A DNA stretch of 64,000 bases from an uncultured bacterium (GTDB taxonomy: Bacteria > Acidobacteriota > Thermoanaerobaculia > Multivoradales > JAHZIX01). Below, piece after piece: positions 38,801 to 49,500 of this stretch. The stretch covers positions 96,001-160,000 of the forward strand of contig CBDUPA010000012.1 of assembly GCA_965368975.1 (NCBI GenBank), written 5' to 3'. Position numbers and translations under genes: made by a program. The number at the start of each line of letters is the position of its first letter. The stretch's first letter is position 1. The notes under the pieces are model-generated. The model had not been told where the DNA came from. It made no database searches and was given only the letters and a program-made list of their open reading frames with translations.

Positions 38801-39797
38801 CTTTTCCAGTCCACGGCGTTGGTTCGAGCGCATCGAGCCGGAGACCTCGAGCCGAGAGAAACTCTCCGTCGCCGCCGACTCCGACTCGTCGGCGCACTGC
38901 GAGGCGCACGGCTATGCTCTGTATGAAAAGGAACCGGTTCTGCTGGGGCGGCACAGCATCGAACTCGGCCTGGTCGCGATCGAACTGAAGCTACATTCGT
39001 TGGCGGTCTTCCGACTCGACAGGTCGACCTTCGAGGTGCGCGCGCGGGAGATTCACGCGCAGCGAGCGCAGAGCGAGTTTCCGCCGGCAGAACTGCAGAC
39101 AATCGCGGTCTCGTTGCACCCCAATCCCCAGGAATCGAGCCCATCTGCTCCGAAGCTGCACCTGGCGGCAGCGCGCTTGCTCACCGCGCTGTTGCGCTTT
39201 GTGCTGCCGCTGATCTATCGCAACGTCCAGGATCGCTTGGAGGTCGCGTTGATCTTCCCGGGGGAGGACGGCGACAAGAGGTTCACAGCACCGTGGGATT
39301 CGGAGCTGGAGTCCGAGGCGGCCCTCTACCTCTTCGACCTGCACCAGGGGGGAGATGGCACTGCGCGGGCTCTGTACCGGGATGGCGTCGAGCTACCGCT
39401 GCGCTTCTGCCGACACTTCCTGGCCACGGACGTGGACGTGGAGCGGATCTTCCGGCTCCATGGGCACGAGAGTAGCTTGCAGGAGGTCAAGGTAACCCAT
39501 GGAGGTCCCGAGGCGGTTGGGAACGATGCTGAGCCAGAGGACGAGATACTGGAAGCGTGGCCTTGGCAAGAGATCCGTGCTGGGTTGCTGGCCTGGTTGG
39601 ATAGTCGTCTTCATCCGGAGTCCGTCTCCTGGGCCGAGGCCGAAGCGTCGGCTGCTGAGGAGGTTACGGAGGATACTGAACTAGAGGCAGAAGACCTGGA
39701 GGCAAGTGCCCCGGGCGATCACGCACAGACCGCTGAAAGTTCCACCGTCGAAGAAGCCACCGCCGAAGAGTCCACTGCTGAGACGGAAGAGGCTTGA
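35850..39797 (+). CDS. Multi-TM protein fused to a degenerate YprA/MrfA-like SF2 helicase
   Basis: About 6-7 N-terminal hydrophobic helices; APEGSGKT; VVVDDVESFAG...AFRRL; YYPGRIF; LYLFDLHQGGDG (DUF1998-like, without the Cys cluster). Confidence 0.7.
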   Translation: MDPTWIDVAWQVIWQAIAGVLVWLDSQSLYVILGCVGGLLSFVYGLAYGLQWRLVKFLEPRPEQTAPLGRWEAMSSLLAPVTVVFFVLEGITRSLHRRVRGSKEPDWKVKHSSSAKNHGKPILIATLGPTFLLAGVFTAVVYWLARLGEPLFAEAFSHAGPYPFWESKLLSALLVLEAPPDIFPLASHPKVSLVLSLLFWTALWWTCGNLLRGFVYRTDLQRNLAGRRDTALPLWTSWFGVKKLTEAGEAYRGWAAWLVTAVILLTVGAGMTLNPAPGSTTAGVVDGLEPAVQVSPSALAVALILALSWVLHLHLKGKHFEPEPKSRREAIVPSEGLPGWQRVVAKLEERYRLTPPEFRGERPLLAPAFTVPTTALQVLSPLVPELLQEPEQSPEIRQTPPLNVMQAKVLESLSLFGYVHLQPPTTGDVLELSSSGPGAVEDRSGLSERHQIVLAPEGSGKTTLAILAAANNTLVHARATLLITRSGEQADELQLKFQEVVEPSTVRWNLRFRRMGQDFASDLSRDIVPDIVISSLHELTTGMLDNAEVYADFLRNVGLVVVDDVESFAGAVEIHAQLAFRRLRLLFRQVSEVEQLGEANAPLMLILGVDSMKEMAAWAKSLCGVQAVVRNFPAAMAETDQSKDSASEGSPSGDRSSGDSTSGDRASEEGARQQKWLPFSALQSHQGRQLTVPEVVAACEAAGVPWCYRPCGDGRRHRGRGPLLLEQEPEHATASPRDACVIFLDGRWSEVRRELQRSPWAGYQSRRQEVIFLVLVDPEEALACGELDPDLGFEASHDHVRPDLAEELVTLPLPVVRPPSSHVLQSHLLSDLVQSWFEVKDLVDTFEVPVAHRLRYLQSQGMLLMEERSDVQAALKEYEAKVYVRALAASLAIDEAGGSANDGIIEYPPLDKVRQVELVARSAVTIRNRADHTLLRTVEADSAAWIYYPGRIFEDSRGRFVVVGRVRRGDRLGAIEVEPVLHDNFSSPRRWFERIEPETSSREKLSVAADSDSSAHCEAHGYALYEKEPVLLGRHSIELGLVAIELKLHSLAVFRLDRSTFEVRAREIHAQRAQSEFPPAELQTIAVSLHPNPQESSPSAPKLHLAAARLLTALLRFVLPLIYRNVQDRLEVALIFPGEDGDKRFTAPWDSELESEAALYLFDLHQGGDGTARALYRDGVELPLRFCRHFLATDVDVERIFRLHGHESSLQEVKVTHGGPEAVGNDAEPEDEILEAWPWQEIRAGLLAWLDSRLHPESVSWAEAEASAAEEVTEDTELEAEDLEASAPGDHAQTAESSTVEEATAEESTAETEEA
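37786..37845 (+). repeat. 4 x 15-bp coding tandem repeat (SGDxx linker)
   Basis: CATCAG(A/G)GG units at 37786, 37801, 37816 and 37831. Confidence 0.7.
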
Positions 39798-39801
39798 AGA
39801 G

Positions 39802-40623
39802 TCAAGAATGCGGACGCAAGTGGAACTCGTTCAAAGAGTAGTTCGCAATCGGAACCTCGAGGTAATCGTTTTCGTACAAGTGTTTGCGTAGGAGTCTTGA
39901 GAGTGCTTCTGGCGAGTCGATGTTGATCTTCTCCAAGACAGCGACGAGCATTACATTCCTTTGTTCCCGTGTTTTATCGGCACCTTTTCTTGAGCAGTCG
40001 GGATCCTTAAAGCGCCCGAGGTTTACGGAATACAGTTTCCTGCCGCCAGACAGGTCGGCAATGGTGCGTACCCAAGAGATCAGCTGGTCCGCTCTGGAGC
40101 GCGCGCGCTCTTCTTCCAGATGGTGGATGGCCGCGATCTCACAGGAGGCCATGCCAATGGCAATAATGTCGGTGGCCTGTTCAACACTCGCTTGTAGTCC
40201 GGTAGAATTCAGGAACGCAAAGACATCTGCTTCTTTATTTCCAGCATTCATGATGACATCAGCCCGCCCGATGGGCCAGTAGTGTTCGCGGTCCAGAATG
40301 GCGATGTCCATCCAAACTTCCTCACCATTGGGGCCGTTCGCCTGGACGCGTCTTGTGTCCGTTCCCTCAGTAGGAAGATGTCCTGGTTCAAAACAAGGAG
40401 AGGGACAGGGACGTGGAAGCTCAGGGCCGTCGATATCGGGAGGATCATCGCTGCCAACATCGTTATCTAGAAGATCATTGATAACCACTGGAGGGTCTTG
40501 GGGTCCGGCTGCAAACTGGCTGCTGTACTTTTCTAGGTAAGGCTCGACTGTTACAGACAGGACCAGTGAGAAGAAGGCGCTTACAGAGGCCCATAATAGA
40601 TCCTTCTTTGTAAAGAAACTCAT
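39802..40623 (-). CDS. Membrane-anchored hypothetical protein, possible OmpA-C-like domain
   Basis: N-terminal TM, Pro/Asp linker, then IIAIGMASCE...EEERARSRADQL...EQRNVMLV; AT-richer than flanks. Confidence 0.5.
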   Translation of the reverse strand: MSFFTKKDLLWASVSAFFSLVLSVTVEPYLEKYSSQFAAGPQDPPVVINDLLDNDVGSDDPPDIDGPELPRPCPSPCFEPGHLPTEGTDTRRVQANGPNGEEVWMDIAILDREHYWPIGRADVIMNAGNKEADVFAFLNSTGLQASVEQATDIIAIGMASCEIAAIHHLEEERARSRADQLISWVRTIADLSGGRKLYSVNLGRFKDPDCSRKGADKTREQRNVMLVAVLEKINIDSPEALSRLLRKHLYENDYLEVPIANYSLNEFHLRPHS

Positions 40624-40633
40624 TATCTGATTC

Positions 40634-41188
40634 CTATGAAATGACGGTGATAAGTCCAACCAGTAGGCCACCAACACCGACGAACAAGCTGGCAGAGGAA
40701 ATCCATTTTTCACGCTTGCGCTGTGCAGATTGCTCTTGCATCTGTTGTTTTAGATGCTGTGTTAGGGGCTGCAAGAGATGGTTATTGCTCGGCAGATTCT
40801 CGTCCAGACGTTTGAGGTGTAATTGAATGTCTTTGGGCAATCCTTGAAACGGCTCTTCTGACTCCAGCTGTTTTAGGAAATCTTCGATTCTGTCTAGGAA
40901 GGTCGAAGGAGTCTCATCCATCTCACCTGTGATCACTCTGCTGAGAAGACTCTCGAGGGAGTGCTTGAGGCCGACGGTATTAACGTCATGTGTCCGGGCA
41001 AGGCTTCGAACTCGAGACCAGGTCACATCTTCGTGACTCAATGCTTTGGTGAGATCTTCTCTGAAGTTTGCCAACTCTTTGGGGCGTTCGTTGCGTTCCT
41101 TCACTTCTGAGAGAAAAGCGACCATACCAACAGAACTGCCGATAGCAGTCCCGAGCAAGACGAGAATTAGGATATAGGTAATTTCCAT
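40634..41188 (-). CDS. Hypothetical protein with N- and C-terminal TM helices
   Basis: 184-aa ORF with hydrophobic termini and a helical middle; AT-rich. Confidence 0.6.
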   Translation of the reverse strand: MEITYILILVLLGTAIGSSVGMVAFLSEVKERNERPKELANFREDLTKALSHEDVTWSRVRSLARTHDVNTVGLKHSLESLLSRVITGEMDETPSTFLDRIEDFLKQLESEEPFQGLPKDIQLHLKRLDENLPSNNHLLQPLTQHLKQQMQEQSAQRKREKWISSASLFVGVGGLLVGLITVIS

Positions 41189-41340
41189 AGATCTGTAGAT
41201 TTCTGTGCTGGATTTCCGGGAATGGCTCCACTAAGAAGAAACGCGAGAACACGTCGATTCCCGGACCAACGGCTGTACTCAATCTCGGCGGAAAAATTCA
41301 GCTTGGCTTTCTGAGTGGCTTAGATCATGAAGACGGGCCC

Positions 41341-43503
41341 TCAAACCCGCGACGCCACCCACTCGCTGATCCTCCCGTGCGCAGTCACCAGCGCCGACTT
41401 GCGGGCACGCGTCAGCGCGACGTAGAGGAGGGCGCGTTCCATGAGTTCGGTTTCGCGCTGGATGGCTCGGTCTTTGGAGTAGCGCACGCGGGTGCGCCAG
41501 GGCATGTTGTCGTCGCTCAGGCCGGCGACGATCATGTGGTCGTACTCTAGGCCTTTGACGCGGTGCATGGTGGCGACGCGTAGGCCGGGTTTGTCGGCGT
41601 CGTCGCTGGTGTCGCGGCCCAGACGCAGGGTGGGGACGCCTCGGTCTTCTAGGGCTTCGGCGTAGCGGTCGGCGAGGGCGTTGGTGCGGGCGACGAGGCA
41701 GGCGTGGGTGGTCTCGCGGTCGGTGAGCCATTGGGCGATGGCTTCGACTTCGTCGTCGAAGGTGGGTAGTTCGAGGGTTTGGGGGACCGCGCCGTGGGTG
41801 AGGGAGCGGTAGCCTTGACGCGAGTCGGCGGTGCCGTCGAGGTCGTCGAATTCTTGGTTCTCGAGCACGGCGACGGCGTAGCGGCGGATTTCGTCGGTGG
41901 TGCGGTAGTTGATGCGCAGGCGGCGGCCGCGACCGCGGATGTTGACGCCAGCGTGGGAGAGCACGACGCGCTTACGGTAGATGCGCTGGTGGCCATCGCC
42001 GACCAGGAAGAGGTCGTCCGGCTTTTCGGGGACGGCGGCGCGCAGCAGGCGGAAGGCGTTGGTGCTCATGTCTTGCGCTTCGTCGACGACGATGGAGCGT
42101 AGCGCCAGCTGTACGCGGCCGGCTTCGAGCAGCACGCAGGCGTCGAGCAGGGCGTCTTCGGGTTCGCGCAGGCCGTGCTTGTCGAGCTGGTGGCGGTATT
42201 CTTCGAATACCGGCCAGATCGCCTTGCGCTGGGCGCGACTGAGGCGCTCACCGCGACCGGCGCGGCTGGCTCGCTTGTAGTCTTTCCAGCTCTGGCAGCC
42301 TTGCGCCTGCACCACGGCTTCCCACTCGTCGCGGTAGAAGGACTCGGAGACTTCGAGGTGGGTTGCGGGATCGGATGCGCTGCTGGGCGCCAGCGTGAGG
42401 GCGGAGTCCCAGGAGTCCTTCAGCGGGCCACGGCTCGGATCCCAGTACTTGATCCGGTATTCGTAGCCGGCGCGCAGCAGCAGGTCACGCACCCATTTGT
42501 CGATGTTGACGACATCGATGCGTCGCAGCGCTTCGGGTGGGCACAGGCGCGCCAGGTTGGCGCGGATGTCGTTGGCCAGGTTCTTGGTGAAGGTGGTGAA
42601 GAGGATGCGATCGCCGGGGGCGACGAAGACGTTCTGCGCCAGGTAGGCGGCGCGATGCATGGCGACGACGGTCTTGCCGGTACCGGCGCCGCCGAGCACG
42701 CGCACGGGACCGTTCCAGCTACGCTCGACCAGTTTGCGCTGGCTCGGGTGCAGGAAGGTGCGCCACTTTTCGAGCGGCGCGTCGAGCATCGCCTGCAGGC
42801 TGGCGTCGTCCTCGACGACCACGAAACGCCGCTTGGTGGCGTCGCGTTCGAGGGCGCGGTCGATGTCCGAGGTGTCGATGTCGGGCTCGGCGGACACCGC
42901 CATGGCCTGTTCGACTTCTTCCAGCGACTCGCCCTCGCTGAGCCAGTAGAGGGCTTCGAAAGCCTCGGGCGGCAGCTGCGCGGAAAGGGCCTCCAGTTCG
43001 TGGGCCCTGCGCAGCGCGCGCACCTCGTCGAGCTGGGGCTCGGGGACGCCGAGGCGCAGGAGTTCGCGGTCGCGGATGGCGTCGAAGAGGCGCGTTTCGA
43101 CGGTGCCGGCACTTGCTGCCGGCGTCTCTGCCCCGTCCCGGGGCGACGCCGTCGCTTGGCGGCTGAAGACCTGCAGGGCGCCGGTTTCCGGGTGCACCGA
43201 GACGCTCTTGTGCTCGGCCCAGCGCATGGCTTTGTCGTGGTGGTCGATCCACAACAGCAGGTAGGTGTTGCCCTTCTCGGGCTGACGTACGATGGCTCGG
43301 TACTCCAGGTCGATGCGCACGGTGCGTAGACGCGGATCGGAGAAGGTGCTGATGGGCTCGTAGTTGATGCTGGACTGCGTGGGGTCCTGACGGAATTTGC
43401 GCAGGAACTTGCTCACCTTCTTCTGCTGTGCGCGCGGGATGAGCGCGAAGGCATCGAAGAATTCCTCGTAGATCGCGACTTTGAAGGTTTGCTCGTAGGC
43501 CAT
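41341..43503 (-). CDS. UvrD/Rep-like SF1 helicase with an N-terminal RelE/ParE-like domain
   Basis: GGAGTGKT, VVDEAQD, GDGHQRIY, NYRT, TMHRVKGLEYD, LYVALTRARK; N-terminal ~95 aa ending TVRIDLEYRAIV...LLWIDHHD. Confidence 0.88.
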   Translation of the reverse strand: MAYEQTFKVAIYEEFFDAFALIPRAQQKKVSKFLRKFRQDPTQSSINYEPISTFSDPRLRTVRIDLEYRAIVRQPEKGNTYLLLWIDHHDKAMRWAEHKSVSVHPETGALQVFSRQATASPRDGAETPAASAGTVETRLFDAIRDRELLRLGVPEPQLDEVRALRRAHELEALSAQLPPEAFEALYWLSEGESLEEVEQAMAVSAEPDIDTSDIDRALERDATKRRFVVVEDDASLQAMLDAPLEKWRTFLHPSQRKLVERSWNGPVRVLGGAGTGKTVVAMHRAAYLAQNVFVAPGDRILFTTFTKNLANDIRANLARLCPPEALRRIDVVNIDKWVRDLLLRAGYEYRIKYWDPSRGPLKDSWDSALTLAPSSASDPATHLEVSESFYRDEWEAVVQAQGCQSWKDYKRASRAGRGERLSRAQRKAIWPVFEEYRHQLDKHGLREPEDALLDACVLLEAGRVQLALRSIVVDEAQDMSTNAFRLLRAAVPEKPDDLFLVGDGHQRIYRKRVVLSHAGVNIRGRGRRLRINYRTTDEIRRYAVAVLENQEFDDLDGTADSRQGYRSLTHGAVPQTLELPTFDDEVEAIAQWLTDRETTHACLVARTNALADRYAEALEDRGVPTLRLGRDTSDDADKPGLRVATMHRVKGLEYDHMIVAGLSDDNMPWRTRVRYSKDRAIQRETELMERALLYVALTRARKSALVTAHGRISEWVASRV

Positions 43504-46500
43504 CACTCAGTCTCCTCTGCTAGCGCCTCTGCTAGTACCTCGGCCAGCGGCGAGACGTCGACCGTCCCGTCGGGCTCGAGCGCCAGGTCTTCCAGGTAGA
43601 AAAGTCTCCAGTCCGCCGCCGGCTCGCCGACGGCCCAGGCGCTGTCGGCGTACGAGGTGAGCGCGACGCGCGCGGTGTGCCACACCAGTTCGGCCTCGCT
43701 CCACACGGTATCGCGCTGGTTCGGTATGTCGTCACCGACCACCGGCTCCACGATGCCCGCGGCGATCATGGCCTCGGCGGCGCCTCGGTAGGCGTCCTCG
43801 ATCTCGTCGAGCTGTGTCCAGATTGCATCCTCGCCTTCCGGGCCGTGCTCGGCGAGGCTGCGCAGCTGAGCGATGCCGCTGTAGTCGCCGACGTCCGATG
43901 TGGTGACGAAGACGATGTCGTCGATCGCGCGCAGCCACTGGAAGAGACGCAGGAAGCCACGCCACGCCCGGTGCATCTGCGGCAGTTCGCGCCGATCTTC
44001 GCGGTCGTCGAGTTCGCGGTCGTCGAGGCGGGCGAGCACGGTCACTCGCTGACCATCGTGGGCGGCCATCCACTCGATCTGCCGCGGCTCGCCCCAGGTG
44101 CCGCTGGCGAGGGCGCGGGGCCTCGTCGCGGCGAGCTGGTCGCGTAGGGCTTCCGGTGCCGCTTGCCGCGCGAACTCGGTCCAGGCGCGTTGCTGACTCG
44201 GCAGCGTGGCTTCGAGTCGAGGTACCAGCGCCGCCGCCGCCAGGTCGCGCCACGGCAAGCCGTTGGCATCTTGGAGGTCCTGCAAGAGCCAGCGGAAGGT
44301 CGACTGTTGCGGCAGGTCGGTGAACTGGGTGAGGCCCAGCTGCTGGAGAGCCTTCTTGAAGTCACCCAGGTCGAGCGCCGCCAGTTCGGGCGCGGGCTCG
44401 ACCTCGGTGGATCTCGTCAGCTCGGCTTCCAGATCGTCCCAGGTGAAGGTCCACACGTCCCAGCCCGCGGCCAGCAGTGCCTGGCGCTGGCGCAGGTCCT
44501 GCCCCAAGCGATCTTGGTGGAACTGCCAGCCGTCGAGGAAGATGGCCAGACGACGATCGGTGGCGGCGCTGGCCGGTCGCAGCACGAAGTCGATCGAGAC
44601 GCCGATGCCGCCGGTCTCGGCCCTCGGCGGTTCGACCTGCGGCTCGATACGCCATTGGGCGTCGCCCAGCGTCCACAGCCAAGCATCTTTGATGCCGATC
44701 GGGATCCGCTTCAGCTGGGCTGGGTGCTGTTCGTTGCCGGCGCGTAGTAGGGCTTCGAGGAAGCGGGCTTCGAGGGCACTGTCGAGCAGGCCGGAGTGGC
44801 TGATGTCGCCCAGGCGTTCGATTTCCTGCACGCTGTCGGCGCGCGCCAGGATGCGGCGCAGGATCTCGGAGGCCGTGCGCGCCGAGGTGTCGCGCATCTC
44901 GCGACTGTTGCGGTAGCCGAAGAGGCAGCGATAGCAGCCTTCCACCAGCTTGCCGGCTCGGTTCGTGGTGCCCCAGCAGGCGCAGCCCTCGATCCGTTGC
45001 AGGCTCGCCTCGAGAGCTCGGAACAGGGGTATCGTGGCATCGGCATCGGGCGTGACCAGCTGTTTCAGAAAGCCGGTGCCGCCGGGCACGGAGTCGAAGA
45101 GCACCAGGTACTGGCGGCGCAGCGTGCTGTCGGGAGTCGGTTCGGAGTAGACGGTGGTGCGCAGGTGGTCGACGCTGCCGGCGAAGTAGCTCTCCAGCCC
45201 CAGCTGCAGGGCGGCGGTGAACGAGTTGAGCTGGCGCGTGCCGGCGAAGTCGGTGATCGGCAGCAGCAGGCGCAGGGCCTCGGACTCGAGCTGGCGGTAG
45301 AGATAGACGCAGGACTCGATCTGCTCGTCCGTGTCCTTGCGTCGCGACGGGCAGGACAGCAGGTGGTCGGTCTTCTCACCCTTGCGCGTCGCCTGCACCT
45401 TGCCGCAGCGTGCGCACAGCTCGAAACCCTGGCGCACCATGGCTCGGCCGGCGATGGTGTTGCGCGCGCCCAGGTCGGAGGGTTCGCCGAAGTTGATGTC
45501 GCGAAAGGTCACCCGTGCGCAGTACTCGAAGCCGAAGGGGTGACGGTCGTCGTCCAGCCGCCAGGCGCGCGAGGAACTGCGAGTGTCGAAGGTGGGCAGG
45601 ATGTCGCGCTCGAAGAAGCGCGGCTGGCGTTCGTCGCGATCGTCGCGAATCCGGGAGTTGCGGTCGGATTCTCTGGCGAATACTTGCTCCAGCTTCAGCA
45701 GGCGCTGGGTCTGGCCGCTGTCGCGCCAGTCGGCGGCGCCGCAAACCGGGCAGGCCGTGTGCGCATCGCCGGTGTCGATCGACTCGGCGTGGCTGCACTC
45801 GGGGCAGAAGCGCCAGGTCTCGAGCTTGGAGGACGAGAGATCGACGGCGTCGATGCCCACGCGTCGTCCCGAAGCGTAGAACTCGGCGCCAGGCGCCAGC
45901 TCGGCCAGGGCGCTCGACGGCGAGCGCTTGTACTCGTAGGTCCAGGTTTCGTAAGGACTCCCCTGGGCTGGAGGGTGCTTCTTGCGCCGCCAGATCACCG
46001 AGCGCAGTCGCACCGCCGACTCCGGGAAGGCGTAGTTGGGCAGCAGGCCCTGGTCGGTGAGGAATTCGAGCGTCGAGCGCTGGTTGATCGCCTTGATCAG
46101 GCCGATCAGGGCCTCTTTCTCGGCTTCGCGCTCGTCGATCTGCTCCTGGTGGTCCTTGTCGCGGGCCTCGGTGGCGCGTAGCACTTTGAGTTGCTTGCGC
46201 AGGGTCTCTACGTTGGCGCGGTGTGCTTCGCGCTGCTTGCGTTCCTTGTGCAGGGTGTCGAGCAGGCGGCTTTCGAGGGTCGCCTCGATGTGGTGCAGGG
46301 CATCTCGAGCTTGCGCCTTCTCGGGCTGCTCGCTGTCGAGTTCAGCTTTGGCCTCCGCGCCGAGCAGGAAGCGCTCCAGGTGGGCGGCGGTGGGCGGTCC
46401 GATCTCGTCCTCGAACATCTCGAGGAATTCTCGCAGCAGGCGCGGACGCTCCTGCTTCACGAAGGCGAGCAGGTTGCTCGGGAACCGCTCGACGTCCGGC

Positions 46501-49500
46501 TGGTTGCCTTGGTTGAGCACGCTGCGCAGCTGCGGCGGTAACTCGGCACGGTCACCCTCGACGCCGACCCAGCGATCGATGCAGAAGGCGGTGAGCTGGC
46601 GTTCGAGCACGGCTCCGGTGTCGAGAAAGACACCGGGCGGCGGCACGTCACCGGCGATCATCTCGTGCGGCTGGGCGAAGAAGTAGAGGTCGTGCGGCTT
46701 CGCCGCGGCGACGGTGAGCACGAAGGCGTTGCCATCGCGCCGGCCGGCGCGGCCGATGCGCTGCAGGTAGCTGGCCTGGCCGGGTGGTACCGAGCACAGG
46801 ATGGCGCTCGACAGGTCGCCGATGTCGATGCCCATCTCCAGCGTCGGCGTGCAAGAGAGCAGGTTCGGGTACCACGGCCGCCGCGCCTCGGGATCGTCCA
46901 GCTCCGGCGACGGTTCGAATGCTTTGAACTCGATCTCGATGCGCTCGCGCTCGGCGCGCTCCAGCAGGCCGGTATGCTCCTGGGCAAAGATGCGCTGCAG
47001 GTGACCGCTGCGGTAGAGATGGCCGAAGTAGTCGTGTGCCGGCGCGGCGTCCGGACGGTAGACGCCGGCACAGCCCGTGCGCAGGCAGGGTACGCCGTGC
47101 CAGCGTTCGGCCAGCGCGCGGCTGGCGTGGGTGCGGTGACCGCAGACGTGGCAAGCCAAGGCTGCACTGTGCGGGCTGATGACCAGCGCTTCTTCGCGCA
47201 GACCCCAGATCTGCTCACCCTTGGATGCACTGCGCTCGTCGAGCAGGCCGACTCGCACCAGCGCGCTCAGCACCACCGGGTACAGCGAGCCGGCGTCGGC
47301 GACCAGGCCGGGGCCACCCAGGAAGCAGGCATCGGCCCAGCGTGCATACCAGGATTCCCCGCCCCGTCCGGTGCGGCTCCAGGTGTCGAAGCGACGGCCG
47401 GTGCGGTCGGTCAGGAAGCTGGGCAGGCGCGAGCTGCTCTTGTAGCCGGGCAACGCCGGTTGCCGGGAGAAGGCATGGACATCCTTGCCGCAGCTCTCGA
47501 TATAGGCGCCCGGCAGGCTGCGTGCCAGGATGCCGCCGCGCAGGCGCAGGTGTTGTAGCAGTCCGAGCACGAACGCCTCGACGCGCCGCGCTTCGACCTG
47601 GCGCAGGCCGGGCACCTCGTTGCGCACCACCTCCACCAAGGCCGCCACCGCGGTCTCTACATCGCCCGGCCGCAGGTCGGCGACGGCGCAGCCGGTGCGG
47701 GTCAGTGAGCGGCCGATCTCCGCCTGCAGCGAGAACTCGGTCAGCACCTCGAAGGCCAGGCGCTGGTCGATGAGGTCCGGCAGGTCGGAGGCGCGCGGTA
47801 GCTCGCCGTCGCGACGCAAGGCGTCCCAATCGTGCAGCCAGGCCATGTTGGGCGCCAGGAAGGTGGCGACGAAGGTCGCCTCGTCGTGCGCCTGCCGAGC
47901 CCACGGGCCGAGCCCGTCGGCCAGCTCGCGCAGCGTGGTTTCGCCCAGGGGCTCGAGCGCTTGCAGCATCGCGATGCGCAGGTTGGTACGCCAGGTGCGA
48001 GCGGCAAAGAAGCCGGCCCGGTGCGCCGCGTCTTGCACGCTGTCGGAGAAGGTGAGCAGCTTCTTGTCGTCGTTGAAGCGCGAGGCGAAGAGCTGGTCGA
48101 TGTGCACGCTGGTCAGCGTGGCGGCGCGGAAGCCGACGATGGCCAGGCTCTCGCGTGCGCGGCAGAAGGGGCAGTCGCGCACCAGGGCTTGCCGGCTGGC
48201 GGTGGACTGAGCTTCGAAGATTTCGATCACCCGCAGCGTCTCGTCGGCGTGCTCCGCGTCGACCTTGATCAGGTTCTTCACGTCGAGCTCGAAGGCGCTG
48301 TGCTGGAGCCGGTCGTCGGCGGGCCAGGCGTTGGCGGGGAACAGGAAGCGTACGCGGCTGCTGCGCCCGAAGTAGGCGTCGTAGAAGCGCCGCGGCAGGC
48401 AGCGATAGAGGTACGGCCGATCGCGTTCCACCACAGTGCCCCAGCCCAGGGCGCCGCATTCGCGGCAGTGGATCATCGGCAGGTGGCGGTCTTGCTCCTC
48501 CTCGTCGAGGTCGTCGGAGTGCCGCAGGTGCGGCTGCGGTCCAACGTTGGCGACCAGGCGTCGCAGCTCGCGTTGCCACAGCTGCACGCGCACCTCCAGC
48601 AGCGGCGCCGCCGGTCTCGGTCGCCCCTCGGCGCGCCGCCGCTCGGCCACTTCGGGCAACTCGTGACGCCAGGCGCGAGCCTCGGAGACCAGGCCCAGCA
48701 GGCTGAGCACGGCGAGGCGGGCGAACTGGGCGTCCCGGTGCCAAGCGTCGCGCCTGCGCCGCATCTCGTGCACGGCGTCGTCCAGCGTCGTGGCCTGGCC
48801 ATCGAGGGCGCGCAGCAGGTCGTGGAAGGCGGCATGGTGGCGCAACTGCCGCCCCAACTCGACGCTGCGCTCGAACGATTCAGGCCCAGTGAGTTCGCCC
48901 TCACCGTCGGCGCCGATCGTCGCCGCTACGTCTGCCGGGAACCACAGGGCGAGCTGCGCCGCCAGCCAGGCGTGCGGGTCCGGGGCCTGCGCCGCGTCGA
49001 GTCGCTCCAGGTCTTCAGCGTCCGGTTCCTCGGTGTAGCGGATCTCGCAGCCGTGCAAGAACTGCTCCACACTCTGCCGCGTCTCGCCGATGATGGCGTC
49101 GGCGTCGAAGGGTTCGCCGAAGACCTTACGCGCATAGTCCCGCAGCTGTTCTCGCGCCGCCTCGCCGCCCAGCGTGGCGCTGGTGCCGATGCAGGCCAGC
49201 GAGCCGTCGTCCACGTCGAGACGCCGCTTGAGGCGTCGCAGCAGGCAGGCCAGGTCGGTGCCCTGGGCGCCGTCGAAGGTGTGGATCTCGTCGACCACCA
49301 GGAAGCGCAGCGTGCCCTTCACGTTGTGCTGCCAGATGCGCTGATCGCGTGGACGCAGCAGCAGGTAGTCGAGCATCTTGTAGTTGGTGAGCAGGATGTC
49401 CGGCGGCGCTTCTTGCAGGGTGGCGCGATCGGTGATCACGTGGTCCGCCCCCATGCGCGTCTCGCCGTGTGCCGACCCACGACGCTTGCCCTTGCCACCG

